NCBI GenBank assembly: GCA_017889725.1
Contig: JAGGAE010000001.1
Coordinates: 46,692 to 110,691, forward strand
Origin: Bacillota bacterium
Lineage (GTDB): Bacteria; Bacillota; Negativicutes; Sporomusales; CTSoil-080
DNA length: 64,000 nucleotides
Reading direction: 5' to 3'
In this document: positions 47,352-55,560 of the stretch, piece after piece
How positions within the stretch are numbered: the first letter of the stretch is position 1
How the letters are laid out: each line of letters begins with the position of its first letter
Notes under the pieces: generated by a model
Told to the model about the DNA's origin: nothing
Databases searched by the model: none
The model's input: the letters and a program-made list of their open reading frames with translations, nothing else
Translations under genes and position numbers: made by a program

Positions 47352-48869
47352 ATGGAACAGGAAAAAAGAGACGCTACGTATAGCTTGAAAAAAATTATAC
47401 AGAATATCAACGCTTTAGCGACGCCTGGTAAGACTACCGGAGAAATAGCGGACGCGATTGTTCAAGGCGTTTATGAGAATGTTAACTGTCAACATGTTTT
47501 TTTGAGCCGCTATGATGTTGAGAGTGAGACGTTTCGTGCGTTATCCTGGCGAAGTTCGGTTACCCCCATGGATGTAGTACTGGAGAAAAAGTTTATGGGG
47601 GCAAGCTATTTATCTAATCAGCCGGTTATTGTAAATGATTTGTCGCAATTTAATCACCGCTTACGTCCGGAAACGGCCAGACAGGGATTTATGTCGCTGG
47701 TAGGAATACCGCTTGTGTCCGGAAAGGAATTATTAGGTGTATTAGAAGCCTTTGGTGATGAGGAAGATCAGTTCAATGATTTTGATGTAGATATTTTAAC
47801 CCTTTATGCCAATCAAGCAACAGCGGCCATTGAAAAGGCTGATCTCGTTCGGGAGTGCGGCTACTGGGCGGCTGAAAAAGGTCTATTACTAGAAGCTATT
47901 GATATGGACTACGGATCTATAGGCAGCTTTCTGTATAAGGCAGGAGAAACGTTAAGTAGTATGTTGGTTGTGGATGGGATTGCCGTGTTTGGATTGGATG
48001 AAGAGGTTGAAGGGAGTCCATTGCAGGAAGTGTTAGCTAAAGGGTTTTCGATGGCGGATATTGGCAGGCTGAAAACCTTGTTTACTCCCAAATACTTAGC
48101 TAATTCGGATATTCTTAATTCTTCCGAAGGAACGCGTATTATAAAACAGCCCCTGAAGACAGCCGGTTCCACTGAAACCAAGTTGCTGTATATAGTTCCG
48201 GTCGTGCATAAACAAGATTTATATGGGATTATTGTTTTCTTCTGGAAACAGCTTTCGAAAGAAATAAATACGACAAGCCTCGAGGCCTTGATTAAAAGAA
48301 TTACGGATGATGTTTCCCGTGTTTTGGGATGTAAACATCTGTATAATGATATTCAACGGATGAGTTTTTCTGATTCGGTTACGGGACTAGCCAACCGAAG
48401 GCTTTTTGACTATGTGATCGTCAGGGAAATGAAGAGGGTAGAACAAGCTGGAGGAGCTTTCAGTTTACTGATGGTGGATATCGACTTCTTTAAATTGATT
48501 AATGACACGTATGGCCACTTGTCGGGAGATTCCATTTTGCAGCAATTTGGACAAGTTCTGAAAGAAGTATTCCGCAGTAATGATATTTCGGCACGTTACG
48601 GAGGCGAGGAGTTTGCCGTAATACTTCCTAACACGGATGCGGCGAATGCCACGATGCTTGCCGAACAGTTTCGGGAAAAATTGTTACGGCACAAATTCCA
48701 GTTAGGTAGTCAAGCTGTTAATATTACTGTCAGTATTGGCGGAACGTCCTATACTAAAGAGTTGACTTCTCAGCGTTTAACGGCTGCATCCATTGTCAAG
48801 GTGGCGGATATGGCGCTCTACCAAGCTAAACAACAGAGAAATAGTACTAGGTTTGTTAATTACGGATGA
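47352..48869 (+). CDS. GAF-domain diguanylate cyclase (GGEEF with an RxxD I-site)
   Basis: N-terminal GAF-like regions. DSVTGLANRR ... RSNDISARYGGEEFAVIL. Confidence 0.85.
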   Translation: MEQEKRDATYSLKKIIQNINALATPGKTTGEIADAIVQGVYENVNCQHVFLSRYDVESETFRALSWRSSVTPMDVVLEKKFMGASYLSNQPVIVNDLSQFNHRLRPETARQGFMSLVGIPLVSGKELLGVLEAFGDEEDQFNDFDVDILTLYANQATAAIEKADLVRECGYWAAEKGLLLEAIDMDYGSIGSFLYKAGETLSSMLVVDGIAVFGLDEEVEGSPLQEVLAKGFSMADIGRLKTLFTPKYLANSDILNSSEGTRIIKQPLKTAGSTETKLLYIVPVVHKQDLYGIIVFFWKQLSKEINTTSLEALIKRITDDVSRVLGCKHLYNDIQRMSFSDSVTGLANRRLFDYVIVREMKRVEQAGGAFSLLMVDIDFFKLINDTYGHLSGDSILQQFGQVLKEVFRSNDISARYGGEEFAVILPNTDAANATMLAEQFREKLLRHKFQLGSQAVNITVSIGGTSYTKELTSQRLTAASIVKVADMALYQAKQQRNSTRFVNYG

Positions 48870-48906
48870 TATAAAGGTTGGGTATTGGCAGGGAGGGGAG
48901 AATAAT

Positions 48907-50163
48907 ATGGAGAAAAACCCCAAAGTTGTAGTAGTTGGAGCCGGCTTCGCCGGGTTGCGGGCGGTTAAAGAACTTGCCGACAGCGGAATGGAAGTAACCC
49001 TGATTGATAAAAATAACCATCATTTATTTCAGCCGCTGTTATATCAAGTGGCAACCGCCGGTTTAGCGGCAGAAGACATAGTTTATCCGCTTAGAGCAGT
49101 ATTGCGCAAACAAAAAAACTTACGCTTTAAAATGGCGGAAGTGCTCGAGGTTGATAAAGAGAATAGGAAGGTCGTAACTTCCAACGGTGACGTATCTTAT
49201 GATTATCTACTCTTGGCTCCTGGCGCTCAGTCAAATTACTTTGGCCTGGAATCGGTAGAAAAAAACGGTTTGGGTTTAAAAGATATTAAAGAGGCCATGG
49301 TCATTCGTAATCATATTCTTAAAATCTTCGAATCTGCCGCGCAAGAGAGCGACGAACAGACTCGACGTGCCATGCTGACATTTGTTATTGTCGGCGGTGG
49401 TGCTACCGGTGTAGAGTGTGCCGGGGGATTGTCAGAACTAGTGTATCTGGTGCTGGCCAAGGATTATCCCGAAATTGATTTTTCGGAAGTTCGGATACTT
49501 TTGATTGAAGGGAGTAATAGGCTCCTAGGTGCTATGCCGGAGGAATTAAGTCAGTTAGCATGGCAAGAACTTAAAAGAAAAAAGATTGATGTTCGCTTAG
49601 AAGCGCGTGTCACCGATTATGACGGCAATACGATACATTTAGGTGACGGAATAAAAATTGAGTGCAAAACCTTGATTTGGGGAGCTGGAGTGAGGGCGGC
49701 CGATCTTACGCGCCGACTAGGTGCTGCAACGAAAAGCTTAAGCAGGGTAGAGACAAATGGTTATCTTCAATTGCCTGATTATCCGGAAATTTTCTTGGTG
49801 GGGGATTCGGCCTATTTTGAGCAGGATGGTAAGCCCCTGCCTATGGTAGCTCCTGTAGCTATTCAGCAAGCGGTTGTTGCGGCAAAAAACATTAAACAGT
49901 TGGTGAAAGAAAACCCGCTGCAGGAATTCCACTACAAGGATCCGGGTTCTATGGCTACGATTGGCCGGAGTGCTGCGGTAGTTAACCTTGGTCGATGGCA
50001 TTTTGGCGGTTTAATCGCGTGGGTGCTGTGGCTGGTCGTTCATTTATTCCAAATTATAGGGTTCCGCAACCGTATTTTGGTTGTCATCAACTGGGCTTGG
50101 GATTACTTCTTGTTTGAACGGGCGGTACGCGTCATTGACCCGGAAGGGAAAAACCGGACATAG
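48907..50163 (+). CDS. ndh: Type II NADH dehydrogenase (NDH-2)
   Basis: KVVVVGAGFAGL, a second Rossmann motif VIVGGGATGVE, and GDSAY. The ATG at 48907 has a GGGAGGGGAG SD. Confidence 0.9.
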   Translation: MEKNPKVVVVGAGFAGLRAVKELADSGMEVTLIDKNNHHLFQPLLYQVATAGLAAEDIVYPLRAVLRKQKNLRFKMAEVLEVDKENRKVVTSNGDVSYDYLLLAPGAQSNYFGLESVEKNGLGLKDIKEAMVIRNHILKIFESAAQESDEQTRRAMLTFVIVGGGATGVECAGGLSELVYLVLAKDYPEIDFSEVRILLIEGSNRLLGAMPEELSQLAWQELKRKKIDVRLEARVTDYDGNTIHLGDGIKIECKTLIWGAGVRAADLTRRLGAATKSLSRVETNGYLQLPDYPEIFLVGDSAYFEQDGKPLPMVAPVAIQQAVVAAKNIKQLVKENPLQEFHYKDPGSMATIGRSAAVVNLGRWHFGGLIAWVLWLVVHLFQIIGFRNRILVVINWAWDYFLFERAVRVIDPEGKNRT

Positions 50164-50169
50164 ATAAAA

Positions 50170-50211
50170 ATAAACAAGGAAGTGGCTATGCCATTTCCTT
50201 GTTTATTTTTT
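50170..50211 (+). terminator. Rho-independent terminator after ndh
   Basis: 12-bp stem ataaacaaggaa / ttccttgtttat followed by ttttt. It overlaps the stop of the convergent small gene. Confidence 0.6.
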
Positions 50212-50493
50212 CATATCGATGAGATGGATGATATCGATAAGGTATTCATTTATGACTGGAATGTTGACAAGAATAATTCGTCGCAGCATTTCGACCACGA
50301 TGGCGAATACAATGGTTGTGCCTAACGCAAAACCAAGCCCACGGAAGATTCCGGCAATAAAGTTGGATATTATAAGTTTTTGGGGGCTTTGCAAGAGAGC
50401 AAGATAGTCGGCCAAACGCATGGCTTCCAGTCGGTCGGCTAGACGGTCAAGCTGTCTTGCTAGTTCATCTTTCGTAGGCGGCTTAGTCTGCAT
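50203..50493 (-). CDS. Small membrane protein, function unknown
   Basis: 96 aa. A charged N-terminal helix, then LIISNFIAGIFRGLGFALGTTIVFAIVV. GGAGG-type SD (gcaaggaggcag). Confidence 0.55.
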   Translation of the reverse strand: MQTKPPTKDELARQLDRLADRLEAMRLADYLALLQSPQKLIISNFIAGIFRGLGFALGTTIVFAIVVEMLRRIILVNIPVINEYLIDIIHLIDMKK

Positions 50494-50565
50494 ACTGCCT
50501 CCTTGCGCAGGGGTGATATAGCTTATTCTTTACGGTAGGAATATATTCCTATCGTAAAATATTCG

Positions 50566-51312
50566 TTAAAGAGCGGCTTTAACCAGTTTTATTCCTCCGG
50601 TGAAACCGATGTAGTCGCCTAAAATAATCACTGTACCAATAATGGCGGATTGCGCGGCGCTATATTCCAAAGCTTTGTCAATGTCTGAGCGGACGGAGAC
50701 CAAGTTGCCGATGGCGGTTGCGAAAGAGTCGGCAACGGCAGCATCTTTGGCAAGAACGGTAACGGCGTCAGCTTTGCCGAAGCTTAAAGAAGGACCTACT
50801 GTGCCGGAGGATGTGCAAATGCCTAGAGGGGAAGTATCCGGCTGAATTTCAAGCGCCAACTTGTTAGAGAGACTGGAATTTCCGGCCCAAATGGCAATAT
50901 GGCGGGTTGCGGTTGTGCGCAAGTAGATATCGCCGCCATTTTCCACAATTATATTAGAGATGGGATAATCCTTTTCCAGCCGGTCTGCAATTGTCTGGGC
51001 GAAGGCGCCAGCTACGGACGCCATCGGGCCGACATTGGCGGCAGCAGAAGCCTCTGCCATAAGCTTTGCGATAGGCGGTGCGCTTTCCTCAGGAGAATAG
51101 GGAATCAGCGAGTGCTGGTAACCGGGGTCCCGGGAAAGATAGGTTTGCAGTTGGCAATATAAGTCTTCGGCGAAAAGGAGGCAATCGGCTGCTAACTCGT
51201 CCGAATACACCGAGGGGTCTACACCCAGCCATAGGTCAGTTTCGCGGAACTGAACGGAAAAGGTTTTAAGTGTTGATTGATGAATTTCCCGGTACCAGCG
51301 TGGTTGGTACAT
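50566..51312 (-). CDS. UPF0280 / COG2122 (ApbE-like fold) protein, third gene of the homocysteine module
   Basis: 248 aa. YRETDLW-type N-terminus (FRETDLWLGV), GPMASVAGAFAQ, ENGGDIY, GICTSSGTVG. Confidence 0.7.
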   Translation of the reverse strand: MYQPRWYREIHQSTLKTFSVQFRETDLWLGVDPSVYSDELAADCLLFAEDLYCQLQTYLSRDPGYQHSLIPYSPEESAPPIAKLMAEASAAANVGPMASVAGAFAQTIADRLEKDYPISNIIVENGGDIYLRTTATRHIAIWAGNSSLSNKLALEIQPDTSPLGICTSSGTVGPSLSFGKADAVTVLAKDAAVADSFATAIGNLVSVRSDIDKALEYSAAQSAIIGTVIILGDYIGFTGGIKLVKAAL

Positions 51313-51313
51313 A

Positions 51314-51748
51314 CTACTCTACCATAGTACAGGCCAGGTTGTCTCCGGCGATGGATATAATTCGCAAGGGACAAGCGTTGACGCATAGTCCGCAGGCAAT
51401 GCATTTTTTTGGTGAAAACTCTACTTGCCAGCTATCGCGGTTTAGCGACATAGCTTCGGCAAAGCAAACCGCTGTACAAGCGCCGCAATGGATGCATAAG
51501 TCCTTATCAATGGATATCTGCCGGTTAGCAGGGACAACTTTGATTTGTTCCTGGGTCAAATATTGGTAGGCGCTTGCAACATCTTCCTCGGACCCATCGA
51601 TATCAATTAACAGATGGCCTTCCTTGCCCGGAGTAATAGATGCTTTTAGAATGTTGATTTTTACATTACAATCATGAATAAGATGGTAGGTGAGTGCTTT
51701 ATCATACGTTTCCGTGGAGAAAATCAGTAAGACTCTTTCCTTTGCCAT
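51314..51748 (-). CDS. NIL domain - 2x[4Fe-4S] ferredoxin protein (Methanosarcina MA1822-like)
   Basis: N-terminal NIL-like fold, then CIHCGACTAVC and CIACGLCVNACP. Confidence 0.8.
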   Translation of the reverse strand: MAKERVLLIFSTETYDKALTYHLIHDCNVKINILKASITPGKEGHLLIDIDGSEEDVASAYQYLTQEQIKVVPANRQISIDKDLCIHCGACTAVCFAEAMSLNRDSWQVEFSPKKCIACGLCVNACPLRIISIAGDNLACTMVE

Positions 51749-51754
51749 GCAAAA

Positions 51755-52909
51755 TTACCGCCTTTCATCCAAAGATAGAATGTTTGCCTCTGAAGGCAGA
51801 GGTGCGACTGGCTCTGTCAAAAGGAACGAGCCTTTTTGAATCCAGGACTTTAGTTGATTGGCAATAGCGCGGGCTTTATACAAACTGGACATGGGAGCCG
51901 TGCGAACTTTTTTGCCGTTAAGCTCAATCATTCCGGACTTTAATTCGGCGTAGCTAACTGTCTTCAGTGCCGGGCGGCTGCGATCCGGTACGCCGTAATC
52001 ATAAACGGAGGTTTGTATGTCCTGGTCCCGGACCGCTGTGAATTGGGTGATTTCTTCGTCTAAGAGAGGAATGGGGATACCTATGCCGACAAATAGACTA
52101 ACCCCATAGTTTTTAAAAACCGCCGCTTTAAGGTAGTCTGTACTCATGTTTTTCAGATTTCCGACCAGCGATAACGTAGCGGCGGCTCCCAAAGGAACCC
52201 CTTTTTCGTTGCGTGGTTTGGATGGGTTGAACTGCGTGCCGTTCCAGGCGACGTATCCTTCGGTACCGGCTAAAAATATTCTGGTGCCAAGGCCAATGGT
52301 TCTTAAGTACGGATCATTTAAGAGCGGGCTGAGTTGTCCGGCGGTAGAATAGGTTACATTGCCGAACTTAGGCAACAGTGTTCCCATATATGTGTAAAGA
52401 ATGTTGTCAGTAGAATTGGCGGCGGCGGAATAGTTTTGGTAAGCGTTGCGGGGGTTAAAAAGAAAACACTCATTGATTGAATCTTTGGTTATCAGGGTGT
52501 CAATCGCTTTGCGCGGATAACAGTCGGTACCGTAAGAACTAGCCTGTAACCGGATATTTTTTCCGGCAACCAAATCTTCAATGACATGGGCGCCCCCGTA
52601 ATTTTCATCCGAATCGGAGACTTCAGTAGCACCAATGTACGTATCAACCGCAGCAAGGCCGCCGCTGGCAGGGACGTCGTTTAAGCGAATTTTCGACATC
52701 TTGATAGGCGGGTTGCTGTGTCCCAAATTGATAAAAGCGCCGGAAGAGCACATGGCACCAAAAGTACCGGTGGTTACTACATCCACCTTTCTGGTGGTGG
52801 CAGCAATGCCTTGTTCTTCAACCATGCTAATGATTTCTTCTGCGGTGAGGACAACGGCAGTGCCATTTTTTATTTTACTGTTAATTTCTTCATAAGACTT
52901 TTTTATCAT
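51755..52909 (-). CDS. Homocysteine biosynthesis protein, COG1900 / DUF39 family (MA1821-like)
   Basis: MIKKSYEEINSKIKNGTAVVLTAEE ... VDVVTTGTFGAMCSSGAF. The ATG at 52909 has a GGAGG SD. The ORF-track extension to 53038 runs through the riboswitch. Confidence 0.85.
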   Translation of the reverse strand: MIKKSYEEINSKIKNGTAVVLTAEEIISMVEEQGIAATTRKVDVVTTGTFGAMCSSGAFINLGHSNPPIKMSKIRLNDVPASGGLAAVDTYIGATEVSDSDENYGGAHVIEDLVAGKNIRLQASSYGTDCYPRKAIDTLITKDSINECFLFNPRNAYQNYSAAANSTDNILYTYMGTLLPKFGNVTYSTAGQLSPLLNDPYLRTIGLGTRIFLAGTEGYVAWNGTQFNPSKPRNEKGVPLGAAATLSLVGNLKNMSTDYLKAAVFKNYGVSLFVGIGIPIPLLDEEITQFTAVRDQDIQTSVYDYGVPDRSRPALKTVSYAELKSGMIELNGKKVRTAPMSSLYKARAIANQLKSWIQKGSFLLTEPVAPLPSEANILSLDERR

Positions 52910-52940
52910 GTGAAACCTCCTTAGAAATAGCTTTTCCCAA

Positions 52941-53095
52941 TAAAAAACTCCTTTCAGCAAGGAAAGGAGTTGGATAGGTAAAATAAGTCCGTTCTCCCAT
53001 CTTTCAGGTTTACCCTGTTGGAATTGGCACCACTGCATAATTGCCGGTTGCCGGGCGTCATCGGGCCAGTCCCTCAGCCTCTCTGGATAAGAGTG
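52941..53095 (-). promoter_or_regulatory. SAM-I (S-box) riboswitch with terminator
   Basis: Minus strand: CTCTTATCCAGAGAGGCTGAGGGACTGGCCCGATGACGCCCGGCAACC...GGTGCCAATTCCAACAG...GAAAGATGGGAG. Terminator: aactcctttc/gaaaggagtt plus a U-run. Confidence 0.9.
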
Positions 53096-53123
53096 TAAAA
53101 GTTCCTATATTAAGTTTACACTG

Positions 53124-53152
53124 ATTATAGCAGTATGAGGTTGCTATGTCAA
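53124..53152 (-). promoter_or_regulatory. Consensus sigma-A promoter of the S-box unit
   Basis: On the minus strand: TTGACA - 17 nt - TATAAT. Confidence 0.7.
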
Positions 53153-53264
53153 TTATTAGAATAAAAGTTTCAATATTAGTATGGTAATATCTTAAAGAAC
53201 TATAGGCAAAATGTGTAGCCTGTATTATAATACTATGAAAAGGATGAAAAAGGGGGGCAGCGGA

Positions 53265-54953
53265 TTGATATTGCAAGGTGCTGATGCACTTATAGAATGT
53301 TTGAAGCAAGAAGGTGTAGAAGTTGTATTTGGCTATCCTGGCGGGGCTGTTCTGACGTTGTATGACGCGTTGTATAACAGCCAATTTCCGCATGTTCTTA
53401 CAAAACATGAACAGGGCGCCGTACACGCGGCGGATGGATATGCCCGGGTAACAGGGAAAGTTGGGGTTTGTATTGCCACTTCGGGTCCGGGGGCGACCAA
53501 TCTTATTACCGGAATTGCCACCGCGTATATGGACTCGGTGCCGCTCGTGGCGATTACCGGACAGGTTGGAGTCTCTCTAATTGGTAAAGATTCTTTTCAG
53601 GAGGCCGACATTTGCGGCATTACCACGCCTATATCTAAGCATAATTATCTGGTAAAAAGGGCGCAGGATTTACCCCGTGTTATTAAAGAAGCTTTCTACA
53701 TTGCCAGGACCGGACGTCCCGGACCGGTTGTTATTGATATTGCGAAAGATGTATTTGCCGCGACGATGGATTACGAGTATCCGACCGAAGTAAGTTTGCG
53801 GGGATATAAACCGTTGTTTGCCGGTGATGAGGAAGTACTTCGTGTTTGTTTGGAGGAATTACGGCAAGCAAAAAAACCGCTGCTATTTGTTGGCGGCGGC
53901 GCTACTATTTCTAATATGGCTCCGGAAATTAGAAAATTTGTAAATGCTACGGGAATTCCTGTTATCTCGAGTCTTATGGGATTAGGAGTCGTTCCCGGAG
54001 ATTCTTCGGAGCATTTGGGAATGGTAGGCATGCATGGTACGTATGCGGCTAATATGGCTACTGTTGAATGCGATCTTCTGCTAGGAGTAGGCGTTAGGTT
54101 TGATGACAGGGTAACCGGGTCGGTAGAGCATTTTGCGGCTAATGCAAAAATTCTGCATTTTGATATTGATCCGGCTGAAATTAATAAAAATGTCTGTGCC
54201 ACTATCAAGGTAGTTGGCGATTTGGCTTGGTCGCTGCCGCTCTTTAATAAGTTAGTCAAGGATTTTGCTCCGGACATTAAAGAGCAAACCGCATCTTGGC
54301 GGGAACAAACCGCAATCTGGAAGCAAGATAAGCCGATGACTTATAAATCGCGCGAAGGGGTCATTATGCCGCAGCAGGTGATAGCCAAGTTAAATGAACT
54401 GGCAGAGGATGCGATTGTTGTGACCGATGTTGGTCAGCACCAAATGTGGACGGCTCAATTTTTTAATTTCCGACAGGCCCGGGCGTTTGTTACATCCGGA
54501 GGATTGGGCACAATGGGATATGGATTGCCGGCGGCAATTGGAGCGCAGATTGGGCTGCCTGATAAAAAAGTCATTGTATTTTGCGGGGACGGCGGTATCA
54601 TGATGAATTGCCAGGAACTGGCCACCGCTGCTGATAACGGTTTTCCGGTAAAAGTTATTGTAATGAATAATCAGGTTTTAGGTATGGTTTCCCAGTGGCA
54701 GCGGCTATTTTATGGCGAACGTTATTCACATACTTCTCTTAAGGGTCGCACTGACTACGTCAAATTGGCGGAGGCAATGGGTGTTACAGGCTTTAAAGCG
54801 GAGCATCCGGGAGAGCTGGAAGACATATTGAAAAAGGCGCTGGCGACTTCTGGTCCGGTGCTGGTAGAAGTGGCGCTGCCATCCGATGAAGATGTTATGC
54901 CTATGGTTCCTCCGGGTGGCTGCTTAGACAAAATGATTCTGGGGGAGTGCTAA
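53265..54953 (+). CDS. ilvB: Acetolactate synthase (AHAS) large subunit
   Basis: GADALIECLKQEGVEVVFGYPGGAVL, ThDP motif GDGGIMMNCQELAT...NN. The TTG at 53265 has the best SD (AAGGGGGG). In-frame ATGs lie at 53235 and 53211. Confidence 0.9.
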   Translation: MILQGADALIECLKQEGVEVVFGYPGGAVLTLYDALYNSQFPHVLTKHEQGAVHAADGYARVTGKVGVCIATSGPGATNLITGIATAYMDSVPLVAITGQVGVSLIGKDSFQEADICGITTPISKHNYLVKRAQDLPRVIKEAFYIARTGRPGPVVIDIAKDVFAATMDYEYPTEVSLRGYKPLFAGDEEVLRVCLEELRQAKKPLLFVGGGATISNMAPEIRKFVNATGIPVISSLMGLGVVPGDSSEHLGMVGMHGTYAANMATVECDLLLGVGVRFDDRVTGSVEHFAANAKILHFDIDPAEINKNVCATIKVVGDLAWSLPLFNKLVKDFAPDIKEQTASWREQTAIWKQDKPMTYKSREGVIMPQQVIAKLNELAEDAIVVTDVGQHQMWTAQFFNFRQARAFVTSGGLGTMGYGLPAAIGAQIGLPDKKVIVFCGDGGIMMNCQELATAADNGFPVKVIVMNNQVLGMVSQWQRLFYGERYSHTSLKGRTDYVKLAEAMGVTGFKAEHPGELEDILKKALATSGPVLVEVALPSDEDVMPMVPPGGCLDKMILGEC

Positions 54954-54956
54954 GCA

Positions 54957-55454
54957 ATGAAATACACATTAGCCGTACTGGTTGAAAATAGGCCGGGTGT
55001 ATTAACCCATATTTCCGGCTTGATAAGCCGGCGGGCTTTTAACATTGAAAGTATTGCGGCCGGTCATTCGGAAGAAGTCGACACTACCCGTATCACCATT
55101 GATGTCGAAGTGGATGATGAGCTTGAGTTGGAACAAGTGGTGCATCAATTGTCGAAATTGGTGGATGTAATAAAAATTGTTAATCTTACCAGAGTGGATC
55201 ATATTGAGCGGGAATTGGCACTGATTAAAGTAAAGGCGAGTAAAGTCAACCGCTCGGATCTGGTAGATATTGTTGAAATATTTCGGGCCAAAATTGTTGA
55301 TGTCAACCGGGAAACTATGGTGGTGGAATTAACTGGAGAAGCTTCTAAAATTGACGCCTTATGCGAGGTGTTGGTGGATTTTGGTATTATTGAAATTGTT
55401 CGTACCGGTAAAATTGCTTTGTCGCGGGGACCGATAGCCGCAAAGGAAATGTAA
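54957..55454 (+). CDS. ilvN: Acetolactate synthase small (regulatory) subunit
   Basis: 165 aa. ACT domain start LAVLVENRPGVLTHISGLISRRAFNIESI. Confidence 0.9.
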   Translation: MKYTLAVLVENRPGVLTHISGLISRRAFNIESIAAGHSEEVDTTRITIDVEVDDELELEQVVHQLSKLVDVIKIVNLTRVDHIERELALIKVKASKVNRSDLVDIVEIFRAKIVDVNRETMVVELTGEASKIDALCEVLVDFGIIEIVRTGKIALSRGPIAAKEM

Positions 55455-55457
55455 GAT

Positions 55458-55484
55458 AAGGCAAAGGTGCATAACCTTTGCCTT
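55458..55484 (+). terminator. Hairpin after ilvN (no U-tract; weak terminator or stabiliser)
   Basis: Perfect 11-bp stem aaggcaaaggt / acctttgcctt with a 5-nt loop. Confidence 0.3.
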
Positions 55485-55560
55485 GACTATGTCCGGAACA
55501 CGTACTACTATAGACTGCATACAAGTGAAACTGGGAGTTTTGGTTCAAGGAGATGATGAT

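Noticed and set aside
52910-53426. The N-terminal extension of the COG1900 ORF (to 53038) and a 122-aa minus-strand ORF (53058-53426).
   Set aside because: The extension reads through the SAM-I aptamer and its terminator. The real start at 52909 has a GGAGG SD. The 122-aa ORF overlaps the promoter and the ilvB 5' end and has no coding features.
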